In this document: piece after piece, positions 1-10,085 of the stretch
How the letters are laid out: every line of letters begins with the position of its first letter
How positions within the stretch are numbered: the first letter of the stretch is position 1
Source: Niveispirillum sp.
Lineage (GTDB): Bacteria > Pseudomonadota > Alphaproteobacteria > Azospirillales > Azospirillaceae
Assembly: GCF_017996735.1 (NCBI RefSeq)
Contig: NZ_JAGOGJ010000006.1
Location: forward strand, 46,295 to 110,294
Reading direction: 5' to 3'
Length of the DNA: 64,000 nt
Translations under genes and position numbers: made by a program
Notes under the pieces: model-generated
The model's database searches: none
Seen by the model: only the letters and a program-made list of their open reading frames with translations
What the model was told of the DNA's origin: nothing

Positions 1-2
1 GC

Positions 3-482
3 CGGAACGGACCGCATGATCTGGACCTGTTCGCCCGTGTCATCCAGGTGAACCTGATCGGCAGCTTCAATCTGCTGCGTCTGGCCGCCGCCGGCATGGC
101 CGGGCTGGAGCCGGTAAATGCCGATGGGGAGCGCGGGGTGATCATCAACACGGCGTCGGTCGCCGCCTTCGACGGGCAGATCGGCCAGGCCGCCTATGCC
201 GCGTCCAAGGGCGGCGTGCATTCCATGACCCTGCCCATCGCCCGCGAACTGGCGCGCAGCGGTATCCGCGTCGTCACCATCGCGCCCGGCATCTTTCTGA
301 CCCCCATGATGCTGGGTCTGCCGCAGGAGGCGCAGGACAGTCTGGGCCAGCAGGTCCCCTTCCCCTCCCGCCTGGGTCATCCCGACGAATATGCGGCCCT
401 GGCCCGCCACATCGTGGAAAACGCCATGCTGAACGGGGAGACGATCCGCCTGGACGGCGCCCTGCGCATGCCGCCGAAATGA
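3..482 (+). CDS. SDR family 3-hydroxyacyl-CoA dehydrogenase (HSD17B10-like), 5' truncated by window edge
   Basis: Frame is open from the window start; YAASKGG catalytic Yxxx[16 protein letters not shown]-terminal [13 protein letters not shown]. Confidence 0.9.
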   Translation, partial: RNGPHDLDLFARVIQVNLIGSFNLLRLAAAGMAGLEPVNADGERGVIINTASVAAFDGQIGQAAYAASKGGVHSMTLPIARELARSGIRVVTIAPGIFLTPMMLGLPQEAQDSLGQQVPFPSRLGHPDEYAALARHIVENAMLNGETIRLDGALRMPPK

Positions 483-508
483 ACGGGAACGGTAGGGGGG
501 AAACAGTC

Positions 509-1294
509 ATGTCGGACCCGGCAACCGATCCCATCATCCTGGAACAGCATGGCGCCATCGCCCTGGTCCGCCTGAACCTGCCGGCAAAGCGGAACGCCCT
601 GGTGCCGGCACTGGTCGCCGCGCTGACGTCTATCCTGGACAGGATCGCCGCCGACCGCACCATCCGGGCCGTGGTCCTGACCGGTGCCGGCGGCGCCTTC
701 TGTGCCGGTGGCGATCTGGGCGGGATGGAGGCATCCGATCCGCTGGGCGGCACGGCGATGATGCGGTCCTGTCAGGGCATCGTGCGCCGTATCGCCACCC
801 TGCCGCAGCCCGTGGTGGCGGCGGTGGAGGGGGCGGCCTTCGGCGCCGGCTTCTCCATCGCGCTGGCCTGCGATCTGGTGGTGGTGGGACCCGGCAGCCG
901 CTTCTGCGCGGCGTTCGGCAAGGTGGGGCTGATGCCCGACCTGGGCCTGCTCTGGTCGCTGCCACAGCGTGTCCCCCTGGGCCGGGCGCGGGAATTGCTA
1001 ATGCTGTGCGACGTGGTGGGCGGAGAGGCGGCGGTCGCCGAACATATCGCCGATGTGCTGGTCCCCGACGCCGAGATACTGGCCACGGCCCTGACGCGCG
1101 CACGGCGGCTGGCCGATGCCGCGCCGGGTGCGGTGACGGCGATCAAGCGGGTACTGGCCGCCTGGCCGCAGGGGCTGGACGATGTGCTGCGGGCGGAGGA
1201 GGTGGGCCAATCCCTGCTGATCGCCACCGCCGACCATGGCGCCGCCCGGACGGCCTTCTTCGAGAAGCGGCCCGTGGATTTCGAGGGCCGGTGA
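509..1294 (+). CDS. Enoyl-CoA hydratase/isomerase family protein
   Basis: AFCAGGDL and AVEGAAFGAGFSIALACD crotonase motifs; ATG at 509 follows a G-rich SD. Confidence 0.9.
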   Translation: MSDPATDPIILEQHGAIALVRLNLPAKRNALVPALVAALTSILDRIAADRTIRAVVLTGAGGAFCAGGDLGGMEASDPLGGTAMMRSCQGIVRRIATLPQPVVAAVEGAAFGAGFSIALACDLVVVGPGSRFCAAFGKVGLMPDLGLLWSLPQRVPLGRARELLMLCDVVGGEAAVAEHIADVLVPDAEILATALTRARRLADAAPGAVTAIKRVLAAWPQGLDDVLRAEEVGQSLLIATADHGAARTAFFEKRPVDFEGR

Positions 1295-1302
1295 CCGGCG
1301 GT

Positions 1303-1755
1303 TCAAACCGGGGGAGCGGCGACCTGCCCGGCGACGGTGGAGAACGCTGCGCGCAGGACCTGCTTCAGCGGCTCCCACGTCACCAGCGCCTCACAATCGG
1401 CCTGGGTGGCCCAGCGGGCGTCCAGCGCATCATCACCCGGCACCGGCTCCCCCGACAGCCAGTCGGCCGTGACATCCACGATGGTGTAGTGGAAGCGCAG
1501 CGTGCCGTCCCTGTCGCGGACGATATTGTCCACGGCGGTCAGGATGGATCGCGCATGGGCGACCACGCCCGTCTCCTCCCGCACTTCCCTTACCGCCGCC
1601 TCGAACAGCGTCTCGCCCAGTTCCTGCGACCCGCCGGGCAGGGACCATTCACCATAGCCGGGCGGCTTTCCGCGCCGGATCAACAGGACCTGCCCGTCCT
1701 TCCAGACCAGACAGCCGACGCCGACGCGGGGATGGGTGGGGGGAAGGTCAGACAT
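1303..1755 (-). CDS. NUDIX hydrolase (ADP-ribose pyrophosphatase-like)
   Basis: Nudix box [24 protein letters not shown]. Confidence 0.9.
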   Translation of the reverse strand: MSDLPPTHPRVGVGCLVWKDGQVLLIRRGKPPGYGEWSLPGGSQELGETLFEAAVREVREETGVVAHARSILTAVDNIVRDRDGTLRFHYTIVDVTADWLSGEPVPGDDALDARWATQADCEALVTWEPLKQVLRAAFSTVAGQVAAPPV

Positions 1756-1776
1756 GGTTAATTTTCAGCCCCTGGA

Positions 1777-1790
1777 TTGACCAGCGTCAA
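1777..1790. promoter_or_regulatory. Perfect palindrome TTGAC-N4-GTCAA between divergent genes (candidate operator, FNR/CRP-like geometry)
   Basis: TTGACCAGCGTCAA read directly; lies in the divergent intergenic region. Confidence 0.35.
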
Positions 1791-1851
1791 GGCACGAACG
1801 CCGACGCGATCCTATCCTGCAGGCGAGAACGGGCGAGAAGGGATTTGTGTC

Positions 1852-2436
1852 ATGGCGACCATCACCCTGATCCATGGTCATCCCGATGCCGGGAATGGCC
1901 ACCTGCTGGATTTGCTGGCCGATGCCTATCTGGACGGCGCCCTGTCCGCCGGGCACAGCGTGGAGATGCTGCGGCTGAACGCGCTGGATTTCCCGCTGAT
2001 CCGGTCGAAAAAGGAATGGGAGGAAGGGTCCGTCCCGCCCGATATCCAGGCGGCCCAGGGCGCCATTCTGACCGCCGACCATCTGGTCTTCCTGTTCCCG
2101 CTCTGGCTGGGCGATGTACCGGCCTTAATGAAGGCCTTTCTGGAACAGGTGGCGCGGCCGTCCTTCCTGCTGACCGACCCGGAAAAGGGCTTTGCCAGCG
2201 CCCGCCGGCTGGCCGGATGCAGCACACGCAGCATCGTGACCATGGGCATGCCGGCCCTGCTCTACCGGCTCTATTTCCTGTCACACGGGGTGCGCAGCTT
2301 CAAACGCAATGTCCTGGGCTTTGCCGGTCTTGGCCCCAACAGTGACACGCTGATCGGCATGGTGGAGAACATGCCGGCGGAGCGGCGCGACCGGCTGATC
2401 AAGCGCATGGAGGCGCTGGGGAAGGCAGGGGCGTAG
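1852..2436 (+). CDS. NAD(P)H-dependent oxidoreductase, flavodoxin-like fold (NQO/KefF/MdaB type)
   Basis: LIHGHPD, ADHLVFLFPLWLGDVPALMKAFLEQV, VTMGMP motifs. Confidence 0.85.
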   Translation: MATITLIHGHPDAGNGHLLDLLADAYLDGALSAGHSVEMLRLNALDFPLIRSKKEWEEGSVPPDIQAAQGAILTADHLVFLFPLWLGDVPALMKAFLEQVARPSFLLTDPEKGFASARRLAGCSTRSIVTMGMPALLYRLYFLSHGVRSFKRNVLGFAGLGPNSDTLIGMVENMPAERRDRLIKRMEALGKAGA

Positions 2437-2463
2437 GGCAGGCGCCGCAAACAGCGCCTGCCC
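2436..2463. terminator. Hairpin between convergent genes
   Basis: GGGCAGGCGC...GCGCCTGCCC inverted repeat. Confidence 0.6.
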
Positions 2464-2472
2464 CCACACGTA

Positions 2473-3195
2473 TCAATACATGTGCTGACCGCCATTGATG
2501 GACAGGGTGGAGCCGGTAATGAACCCGCCCTCGTCCGCCACCAGGAACAGCACGCCACGGGCGATTTCCGACGCCTGACCCAGGCGGCCCACCGGCACCT
2601 TGGCGACAATCTTCTTCAGAACGTCGGCCGGCACGGCGCGGACCATGTCAGTGTCGATATAGCCGGGCGCGATGGCGTTCACGGTGATGCCCTTGGCGGC
2701 GCCTTCCTGGGCCAGGGCCTTGGTGAAGCCATGGATGCCCGACTTGGCGGCGGCATAGTTCACCTGGCCATACTGGCCGGCCTGGCCGTTGATGGAACCG
2801 ATATTGACGATGCGGCCGAAATTACGCTCGCGCATGCCGTCGATCACGGCGCGGCAGGTGTTGAAGCAGCTTGTCAGGTTCGTCTGGATGACGGCGTTCC
2901 ACTGCTCGAAGCTCATGCGGTGCATGGTGCCGTCGCGCGTGATGCCGGCATTGTTGACCAGGACGTCAACCGGCCCCAGTTCAGCCTCGATCTGCGCCAC
3001 CGACGCCTTCACGGCCTCGAAATCCGAAACGTCGAACTTATAGGCCTTGATGCCCGTGCGTTCGGTGAATTCCGCGGCCGCCGCGTCATTGCCGGCGTAA
3101 TTCGCGGCGACGATGTAGCCGGCATCCTTCAGCGCGACGGAAATCGCCTCGCCGATGCCGCGCGTACCACCCGTCACCAATGCCACTCGTGCCAT
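2473..3195 (-). CDS. phbB: Acetoacetyl-CoA reductase
   Basis: MARVALVTGGTRGIG, NNAGITRD, GQYGQVNYAAAKSG; downstream of a thiolase. Confidence 0.95.
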   Translation of the reverse strand: MARVALVTGGTRGIGEAISVALKDAGYIVAANYAGNDAAAAEFTERTGIKAYKFDVSDFEAVKASVAQIEAELGPVDVLVNNAGITRDGTMHRMSFEQWNAVIQTNLTSCFNTCRAVIDGMRERNFGRIVNIGSINGQAGQYGQVNYAAAKSGIHGFTKALAQEGAAKGITVNAIAPGYIDTDMVRAVPADVLKKIVAKVPVGRLGQASEIARGVLFLVADEGGFITGSTLSINGGQHMY

Positions 3196-3306
3196 TTGTT
3201 TCCCCCGTTGCTGTGGCCTTAAGGCCGGCTGAAAATAACTGAATGATATACTGACGGCAGCGTGCCGCCTTGATGTGCCTCAGGTGTCCGAATCCCTGAA
3301 AGCGAA

Positions 3307-3329
3307 CGGGGGTGCTTTTGGCACCCCCG
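3307..3329 (-). terminator. Hairpin downstream of phbA
   Basis: CGGGGGTGC-5nt-GCACCCCCG just past the phbA stop. Confidence 0.55.
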
Positions 3330-3342
3330 CTTAAACCTGGCC

Positions 3343-4518
3343 TCAGTCGCGTTCGACGCAGAGGGCGACGCCCATGCCGCCGCCGATGCACAGGGTCGCC
3401 AGACCCTTCTTGGCATCGCGTCGGATCATCTCATGCAGCAGGGTGACCAGCACGCGCGCGCCCGACGCGCCGATCGGATGGCCCAGCGCAATGGCGCCGC
3501 CATTGACATTGACCTTGGCCGGATCAAAGCCCAGATCGCGGTTGACAGCGATGGCCTGGGCCGCGAAGGCCTCGTTCGCCTCGATCAGGTCCAACTGGTC
3601 GATGGACCAGCCGGCCTTGCGCAGCGCCTCGCGGCTGGCCGGGATGGGGCCGGTGCCCATGATGGTGGGATCGACGCCGGCGGTGGCCCAGGACGCGATA
3701 CGGGCCAGCGGAGCGACGCCACGCTTGGCGGCATTGTCGGCACGCATCAGGACCAGGGCGGCGGCGCCGTCATTGATGCCAGAGGCATTGCCGGCGGTGA
3801 CGCTGCCCGTCTTGGAAAAGGCGGGGCGCAGCTTGGCCAGTGTTTCGATGGTGGTGCCGTGCTTGGGATATTCGTCGGTATCGACGATCACGTCGCCCTT
3901 GCGGCCCGCGACCGTCACGGCGGCGATTTCATCCTTGAAGCGGCCTTCCTTCTGGGCGGCCTCGGCCTTGTTCTGGGAGGCCACGGCAAACGCGTCCTGC
4001 TCCTCCCGCGTGATGCCGTACTTGGCGGCCACATTCTCGGCCGTCTGGCCCATGTGGTAGTTGTTGAAGGCGTCCCAGAGGCCGTCCTTGATCATGGTAT
4101 CGACCAGGGCCGTATCACCCATCTTGGTGCCGCCACGCATATACATGGCGTGGGGCGACAGGCTCATGCTTTCCTGACCGCCGGCCACCACGATGTCGGT
4201 ATCGCCCAGCAGCAGCGACTGGTACCCCAGCGCGACGGCGCGCAGGCCGGAACCGCAGATCTGGTTGATGGCATAGGCGGTGCGGCCGGACGGGATGCCG
4301 GCGGCAATGGCGGCCTGACGGGCCGGGTTCTGGCCCAGGGCTGCCGTCAGCACATGGCCCAGCACCACCTCGTTCACTTCCGCCGCGTCGGTCTTGGCGC
4401 GTTCCAGGGCGGCGCGGATGGCCACTTCGCCCAGCTTGTGCGCGGGCACCGACCCGAGCGCGCCGTTGAACGCGCCGATCGGGGTGCGGGCCGCACCGGC
4501 AATTACCACTTCGACCAT
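3343..4518 (-). CDS. phbA: Acetyl-CoA C-acetyltransferase (beta-ketothiolase)
   Basis: [38 protein letters not shown]; SD AGGAGAGG upstream of ATG 4518. Confidence 0.95.
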   Translation of the reverse strand: MVEVVIAGAARTPIGAFNGALGSVPAHKLGEVAIRAALERAKTDAAEVNEVVLGHVLTAALGQNPARQAAIAAGIPSGRTAYAINQICGSGLRAVALGYQSLLLGDTDIVVAGGQESMSLSPHAMYMRGGTKMGDTALVDTMIKDGLWDAFNNYHMGQTAENVAAKYGITREEQDAFAVASQNKAEAAQKEGRFKDEIAAVTVAGRKGDVIVDTDEYPKHGTTIETLAKLRPAFSKTGSVTAGNASGINDGAAALVLMRADNAAKRGVAPLARIASWATAGVDPTIMGTGPIPASREALRKAGWSIDQLDLIEANEAFAAQAIAVNRDLGFDPAKVNVNGGAIALGHPIGASGARVLVTLLHEMIRRDAKKGLATLCIGGGMGVALCVERD

Positions 4519-4644
4519 GGTTCCTCTCCTCACACGTGCGGGGTCCGGATCCGGCCCCTGCTTGTCGCCATCACCCCGGAAGCTTAGGCGGAAGGGACCC
4601 GGCCACGCAAGCGACGGGTCCACGACAGCCCTGACACAACCGCA

Positions 4645-6144
4645 TTATTGCACTGCAACATGGTCGATGGACAGGCTGGTTTCCGGCGGCTCCGCTTGTT
4701 TTCCGGGGCTTATCCGGGGGAAGGTCAGGGTAAAAAGCGCCCCGCCCTGGGGGGCTGCCCCCACCCGCACGGTACCGCCCATACGCACCGTGACGATATT
4801 GTAAAGAAGGTGGAGACCCAGGCCCGATCCGCCCATGCCGCGTTTCGTGGTGAAGAACGGTTCGAAGATGCGGGGCCAGAGGTCGCGGGGAATGCCCTTG
4901 CCGTCATCGCTGTAGGCCAGTTCGACCATGTCCCCGTCCAGCCGGCGCGCCGCCAGCCGCAAGGTGCCGCCGCGCCGCCCGTCGGGATAGGCATGGACGA
5001 TGGAATTGATCACCAGATTGGTGACCACCTGCGCCATGGCACCGGGATAGCCATCCATCTCGATCCCCTCGGGCAGGGCCATCTCCACCTTGTGCCCGGC
5101 ATGGCGGATGCGGGGCGACAGGCTGGCCAGCACCTCACCCACATAGCTGCGCAGGTCGAACGGGCGGCGGGCGTCGGACGACTGGTCCACCGCCACCTCC
5201 TTGAAGGACTGGATCAGTTCCGCCGCCCGCGCGGCGTTTTTTTCGATCAGGGTGGCCAGTTCGTCCACCAGCTTCAGATATTCGTCGAAGGTCGACCGCC
5301 GCAACTGCCCCTGCGCCGCCAGCGCCAGGATCTGCGCCGTCTCCGTGCGCAGTTGCGAGGCGCCGGTGACGGCCAGTCCCACCGGCGTGTTCACCTCATG
5401 CGCTACCCCGGCCACCATGGAACCCAGGCTGGCCATCTTTTCCTGCAGGATCATCTGCGCCTGGGCGTCACGCAGGTCAACCAGGGTCTTTTCCGCCCGG
5501 CGGCGACCTTCGATGGCGGCGTCGCGTGCCTGGGCCAGCATGCGCCGCGTCTTGGTCCGGGCCGATTGCGACGACAGGTTGGCCAGCACCAGCAGCAGCA
5601 GCGCCGTCAGCAGGAAGGCGAATCGGCTATGGATGTCCGGCGGCGCCTCGCCACTGTAAAGCTGCCACACATAGGTGCCGGTGATCACGGTCAGGAAGCC
5701 GCCGAAAAAATAGAGGATGGCGCGGTTGCCGCCGAAATTGCCCGTGGTGGCCAGGGCCGTCAGGAACAGCGGCACCAGCGGCGATGCCACCCCGTTCGTG
5801 TAATGCAGCAGGATGGCGATCAGGCTCAGCCCGGCCAGGTTGTTGGCGATGGTGATTTCATGGAAACGGCCCGTCATGCGGACCAGCACCAGATTGCACG
5901 CCACCAGCACCGCATAGGCCGCCCAGGTCAGGCTGACCGGATCGAACGGCCCCTCGTTCACGGCCCAGATGGCATAGAGCACCAGGATGCCGACCAGGAT
6001 CAGCAGGGTGATGCGGATGAAGGCGCGGGCACGCAGCAGCGCCTTCTCGTCAACGCCGGCCTGACGCATCGCGACGGGAAGGAACGTGTCCGTCAGCGCG
6101 CGCAACGTCTTTCCAGGCCAGGACCGCCAGCCACCAGCGCCCAT
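4645..6144 (-). CDS. Membrane-bound sensor histidine kinase (start uncertain; ATG at 6069 is an alternative)
   Basis: Hydrophobic N-terminal helices, H-box AGVAHEVNTP, N-box NLVINSIVHA, DDGKG, FFTTK, GSGLGL. Confidence 0.9.
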   Translation of the reverse strand: MGAGGWRSWPGKTLRALTDTFLPVAMRQAGVDEKALLRARAFIRITLLILVGILVLYAIWAVNEGPFDPVSLTWAAYAVLVACNLVLVRMTGRFHEITIANNLAGLSLIAILLHYTNGVASPLVPLFLTALATTGNFGGNRAILYFFGGFLTVITGTYVWQLYSGEAPPDIHSRFAFLLTALLLLVLANLSSQSARTKTRRMLAQARDAAIEGRRRAEKTLVDLRDAQAQMILQEKMASLGSMVAGVAHEVNTPVGLAVTGASQLRTETAQILALAAQGQLRRSTFDEYLKLVDELATLIEKNAARAAELIQSFKEVAVDQSSDARRPFDLRSYVGEVLASLSPRIRHAGHKVEMALPEGIEMDGYPGAMAQVVTNLVINSIVHAYPDGRRGGTLRLAARRLDGDMVELAYSDDGKGIPRDLWPRIFEPFFTTKRGMGGSGLGLHLLYNIVTVRMGGTVRVGAAPQGGALFTLTFPRISPGKQAEPPETSLSIDHVAVQ

Positions 6145-6252
6145 GCGAAAGCCCTCCGACAGCCGGTTGCCCCGCCATGATGCTGGCGGAACTCCACCGA
6201 AAGCTCAATGGGGTACGCGACGGTTCGCCGGCTGGTCCCTGCCCGTCCGGGC

Positions 6253-7374
6253 CTATCCCGCCAGGGATGCCGCCAGAACCGTTTTCACATCCTCCAGCGT
6301 CACATCGGCGCAGCGGAACGCCTTGCCGATGCCGCGCGCCAGAATGAAGGTGACGCGCCCGTCCTTGACCTTCTTGTCCTTGGCCATGTGGGCCGCCAGC
6401 TTGTCCGCCGTCCAGGTCCCGCCGCCCAGATGGGCCGCCGATACGGGCAGGCCGACCGATGACAGATGCGCCCTGGCCCGCGCCAGATCCCCGGCCGGGC
6501 ACAGGCCCATGCGCACCGACAGGTCAAAGGCCATGACCATGCCGATCGCCACCGATTCCCCATGCAGCAACGCGGTGCCGTACCCGGCCTCCGCCTCCAG
6601 CGCGTGGCCGAACGTATGGCCCAGATTAAGAAGCTCGCGCAGGCCCGATTCCTTTTCGTCCTGGCCCACGATATCGGCCTTGGCGGCGCAGGAGACGCGG
6701 ATCGCCTCCGTCAGCAGGGCGTCATCGCCATCGACCAGCGCCTTGCCATTGGCTTCCAGCCAGGTGAAAAAATCCGGCCGGTCGATCAGGCCGTATTTCA
6801 CCACCTCGGCATACCCGGCCAGAACCTCGCGCCTGGGCAGGGTCTTCAGGCTGTCCGTGTCGGCCAGGACCAGGCGCGGCTGATGAAAGGCGCCGATCAG
6901 GTTCTTGCCATGGCGGCTGTTGATGCCGGTCTTGCCACCCACGGAACTGTCCACCTGGGACAGCAACGTGGTCGGCACCTGGATGAAGTCGATGCCGCGC
7001 AGGGCGATGGCCGCCGCGAAGCCACCCAGATCGCCCACGACGCCGCCGCCCAAAGCCACCAGCACGGTCTTGCGCTCGATCCCGCGCGACAGCAGGGCGT
7101 CCATCACCTCGCCCAGCTTTTCCATATCCTTGCTGGCCTCTCCCGACGGGACCACGATCGGGTCCAGCACCCGCGACCCGGCGGCACGCAGGCTGTCCAG
7201 CAGCGGGGAGAGATGCAACTCGGCCACGGCACTGTCGGTCAGCACCACCAGCGGGCGGTTGCCCACGGCATCACGGATCAGGGTGCCTGCATTGCGGATC
7301 AGGCCCGGCCCGATATGGATGTCATAGGAACGGTCACCCAGGGCGACGGGGACGATGGTGCTCGGGCTGGTCAT
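6253..7374 (-). CDS. aroB: 3-dehydroquinate synthase
   Basis: GGGVVGDLGGF, PTTLLSQVDSSVGGKTGIN, LNLGHTFGHALE. Confidence 0.97.
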   Translation of the reverse strand: MTSPSTIVPVALGDRSYDIHIGPGLIRNAGTLIRDAVGNRPLVVLTDSAVAELHLSPLLDSLRAAGSRVLDPIVVPSGEASKDMEKLGEVMDALLSRGIERKTVLVALGGGVVGDLGGFAAAIALRGIDFIQVPTTLLSQVDSSVGGKTGINSRHGKNLIGAFHQPRLVLADTDSLKTLPRREVLAGYAEVVKYGLIDRPDFFTWLEANGKALVDGDDALLTEAIRVSCAAKADIVGQDEKESGLRELLNLGHTFGHALEAEAGYGTALLHGESVAIGMVMAFDLSVRMGLCPAGDLARARAHLSSVGLPVSAAHLGGGTWTADKLAAHMAKDKKVKDGRVTFILARGIGKAFRCADVTLEDVKTVLAASLAG

Positions 7375-7404
7375 GATCGGTTCCGGCAATCCTTGAAACG
7401 GCAG

Positions 7405-7962
7405 TCAGGCGGCACTGCTGTCGGTATCACCCAGCCATTGGCGAAGGGCGACGACGACGCGGTCGGTGGTCACATCGGGCGGGCTGTCATCGCTGTCCAC
7501 GGTAAGGTCGGCCTGGGCATAGACGGGGTAGCGCACCTCCATCAGCCGGGCCAGAACCGCGCGCGGGTCACCATGGCGCAGCAGCGGCCGATGGTCGCGC
7601 CGGGCGGTACGGTGGACCAGAAGGTCCAGGTCGGCACGCAGCCAGATGGAGATGCCGCGTTCCCGGATCACATCGCGGGTGGCTTCGTCCATAAAGGCGC
7701 CGCCGCCCGTGGACAGGACCTGCACCGGCTGGTCCAGCAGCCGGGCGATCACCCGGCGCTCCCCATCGCGGAAGCCCGCTTCCCCGAACCGGTCGAAGAT
7801 TTCCTGAATGGTACAGCCGGCGGCCCGTTCGATCTCATGGTCGGCATCGACGAAGGGCAGGCCCAGTTTGGCCGCCAGCCGCTTGCCGATGCTGGTCTTG
7901 CCGGCCCCCATCAGGCCGATCAGCACCAGTGTCTTGGGGATGGGCAGCACCGTCACGGACAT
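7405..7962 (-). CDS. aroK: Shikimate kinase
   Basis: GLMGAGKT P-loop, [18 protein letters not shown]; upstream of aroB. Confidence 0.95.
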   Translation of the reverse strand: MSVTVLPIPKTLVLIGLMGAGKTSIGKRLAAKLGLPFVDADHEIERAAGCTIQEIFDRFGEAGFRDGERRVIARLLDQPVQVLSTGGGAFMDEATRDVIRERGISIWLRADLDLLVHRTARRDHRPLLRHGDPRAVLARLMEVRYPVYAQADLTVDSDDSPPDVTTDRVVVALRQWLGDTDSSAA

Positions 7963-8221
7963 GGGCTCCAACGTCCAGCTTGCCGGCCCCACAATGGGCG
8001 TAGCCGGGATGGCGGATGGTGGCGCGATTGCCAGCCCCTGGCATGGGCGCTATGGTGCGGGCAAGGCCACCGGAACGGACGTTTCCATAGCACGAGGGGG
8101 TGGGTCCACCCAACCCTGGGAGCCAAGGGAAAAGCGGAACCGGAACCGGTCGCCGACGCATGGCTGGACCCTCCATCCATGCGGCACACCTGTCACCTTC
8201 GCGTTCGGGAAGCCTTTTTCC

Positions 8222-8359
8222 ATGAGCATGCTGTTGAAGATTCTGCTGCTGGTCGTTGTTCTTGTCGGTGTCGGCGGTGTCGCCGTGCTGGCCAGCGTCG
8301 ACCTGCCCGCCCCTACGCAGCCGGTGGAACGGGTGATCCCGAATGACCGCTTCAAGTAA
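8222..8359 (+). CDS. 45-aa single-TM small protein (MSMLLKILLLVVVLVGVGGVAVLASVDLPAPTQPVERVIPNDRFK)
   Basis: C-terminal part of ORF 7808..8359; clean hydrophobic helix; overlaps the start of the next gene. Confidence 0.7.
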   Translation: MSMLLKILLLVVVLVGVGGVAVLASVDLPAPTQPVERVIPNDRFK

Positions 8360-10082
8360 CCGCCACCGCCTGGGCGGGCTGACGGCACTGGCCCTGGTCC
8401 TGCTGGCACCGGCCGTTCTGGCCCAGCAGAGCCCCGCGCCCACCGGCGCGCCCCTGTCGCTGTTCCCGCCGCCGCAGGCCACGCAGCCCATGGCGGAACC
8501 GGCCCCCGATCAGCCGGTCGGGGAAGAGCTGGCGGCTCCGCCCGCCACCGGTGATGCCCGTTCCCCGCGCGGCGTGATGGTGGAGGAACTGAAGGCGCAG
8601 GACCCGGAACTGGCCGGCACGCTGGGCCCCGACAATGGCGGCCTGCCGGCCGACCTGTGGCACGGCCTGCCCCGCGCCGATGTGGAGGCGCTGGTCGCCG
8701 GCATTCCCGCCGGTCTGACCAGCCCCGCCCTGCGCGCGGCCGCCAGCAGCCTGCTGCTGACCTCCGCCGACGGATTGGGCAGCGGGGAAAAGACCCGCAA
8801 TTTCGCCGCCCTGCGGGCAGAGGCGCTGCTGCGCATCGGCAATGCCGATGGGGCCGACGCCCTGCGCAATGTGGCGCCCGCCGTGCTGGAGGATGAGGGG
8901 GCGGCCCTGGCCTGGCTGGAGATGCAGTTCTTCGCCGGCAACCGCCAGGCGGCCTGTGATCAGGCGCCGGGCCTGCTGTCGCGGTTCCAGCATCCGGTCT
9001 GGCAGAAATGGCAGATCGTCTGCCAGGTCGCCAATGGCCAGACCGATGCCGTCTATCTCTCTCTCGACCTGATGCGCGAACAGGGCGACAAGGACGACCT
9101 GTTCGCCCGGCTGGCCGAAGGGGTGGTGGCCGGCAACAAGACGCCGGTCAAGGGCGTGCTGGAACCGACCGCCACGCAACTGGCCCTGATCCTGGTCTCC
9201 GGCCGGCCCTTCCCGCCGGAAACCAAGCTGGCAGGTCCGGGCCCGCTGGCCGCGCTGGCGCGGCTGACCAGCCTGCCGCTGCCGCAGCGTCTGGCCGCTG
9301 CCGAGCGTGCCCTGGCGCTGGGTGGGCTGGACGGGGCCGGGCTGCTGTCCATCTATGAAAGCGTGCCTGACGCGGATGCCAAGCTGCTGACCGTGGCGAC
9401 CGCCAAGAAGCCGACAGCGCTGCTGCGCGCCCAGGTGTTGAAGGCGCTGCGGGCGGAGCCGACGCCAGCGGCCAAGGCCGGCCTGTTCAAGGTCGCCATG
9501 CTGGCCAGTTCCACCGAACAGCAGGCAGGCGCCTATGGCGCCCTGCTGCTGGAGGAGGCGCGGCAATTCCGCCTGACAGTGGGCTTTGCCTCCATCGCCC
9601 CGCTGGTCGCCCGCCTGCATCTGCTGCAGGGGGAAAAGACAGCGGCCCTGCCCTGGATCAATTTGGCCCGCGACGATTTCAACGCTTCCAAGGATGAGGG
9701 TGCTTTTGCCCGGCTGTGGCCCCTGGCAGCCGCCCATGATCTGGTTCGGGAAACGGATTTCGACCGCGCCCGCTGGATCAGGGATCTGGGGGGCGAGAGC
9801 GCCCGCGACACGGCCGATGGGGTGCTGATCCTGCTGACCGCCCTGCATGGCGGCAAGGATGCGCCCCTGCCGCCGCTGGCTGACGGGTCGGCCCCGGCGG
9901 GGCAGGTGAAGGGGGCGGTGCTGCTGGATGCCGTCAATGCCATGGGCAAGGATGGACCCATCGGCACGCCGGCCCTGGATCTGTCTGAAATCCTGATCAA
10001 TCTCAGCCGTGCCGGCCTGCCCGAGCAGGCCCGCCGCATCGGCGCGGAGGCGATTGCCGGCCTGTTGCGGCCGGGGGCGTAA
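8343..10082 (+). CDS. Exported/periplasmic hypothetical protein, predicted helical
   Basis: 579 aa; signal-peptide-like N-terminus with AVLA-QQ site; GLPADLWHG motif; 3 nt before xerD. Confidence 0.75.
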   Translation: MTASSNRHRLGGLTALALVLLAPAVLAQQSPAPTGAPLSLFPPPQATQPMAEPAPDQPVGEELAAPPATGDARSPRGVMVEELKAQDPELAGTLGPDNGGLPADLWHGLPRADVEALVAGIPAGLTSPALRAAASSLLLTSADGLGSGEKTRNFAALRAEALLRIGNADGADALRNVAPAVLEDEGAALAWLEMQFFAGNRQAACDQAPGLLSRFQHPVWQKWQIVCQVANGQTDAVYLSLDLMREQGDKDDLFARLAEGVVAGNKTPVKGVLEPTATQLALILVSGRPFPPETKLAGPGPLAALARLTSLPLPQRLAAAERALALGGLDGAGLLSIYESVPDADAKLLTVATAKKPTALLRAQVLKALRAEPTPAAKAGLFKVAMLASSTEQQAGAYGALLLEEARQFRLTVGFASIAPLVARLHLLQGEKTAALPWINLARDDFNASKDEGAFARLWPLAAAHDLVRETDFDRARWIRDLGGESARDTADGVLILLTALHGGKDAPLPPLADGSAPAGQVKGAVLLDAVNAMGKDGPIGTPALDLSEILINLSRAGLPEQARRIGAEAIAGLLRPGA

Positions 10083-10085
10083 ACC

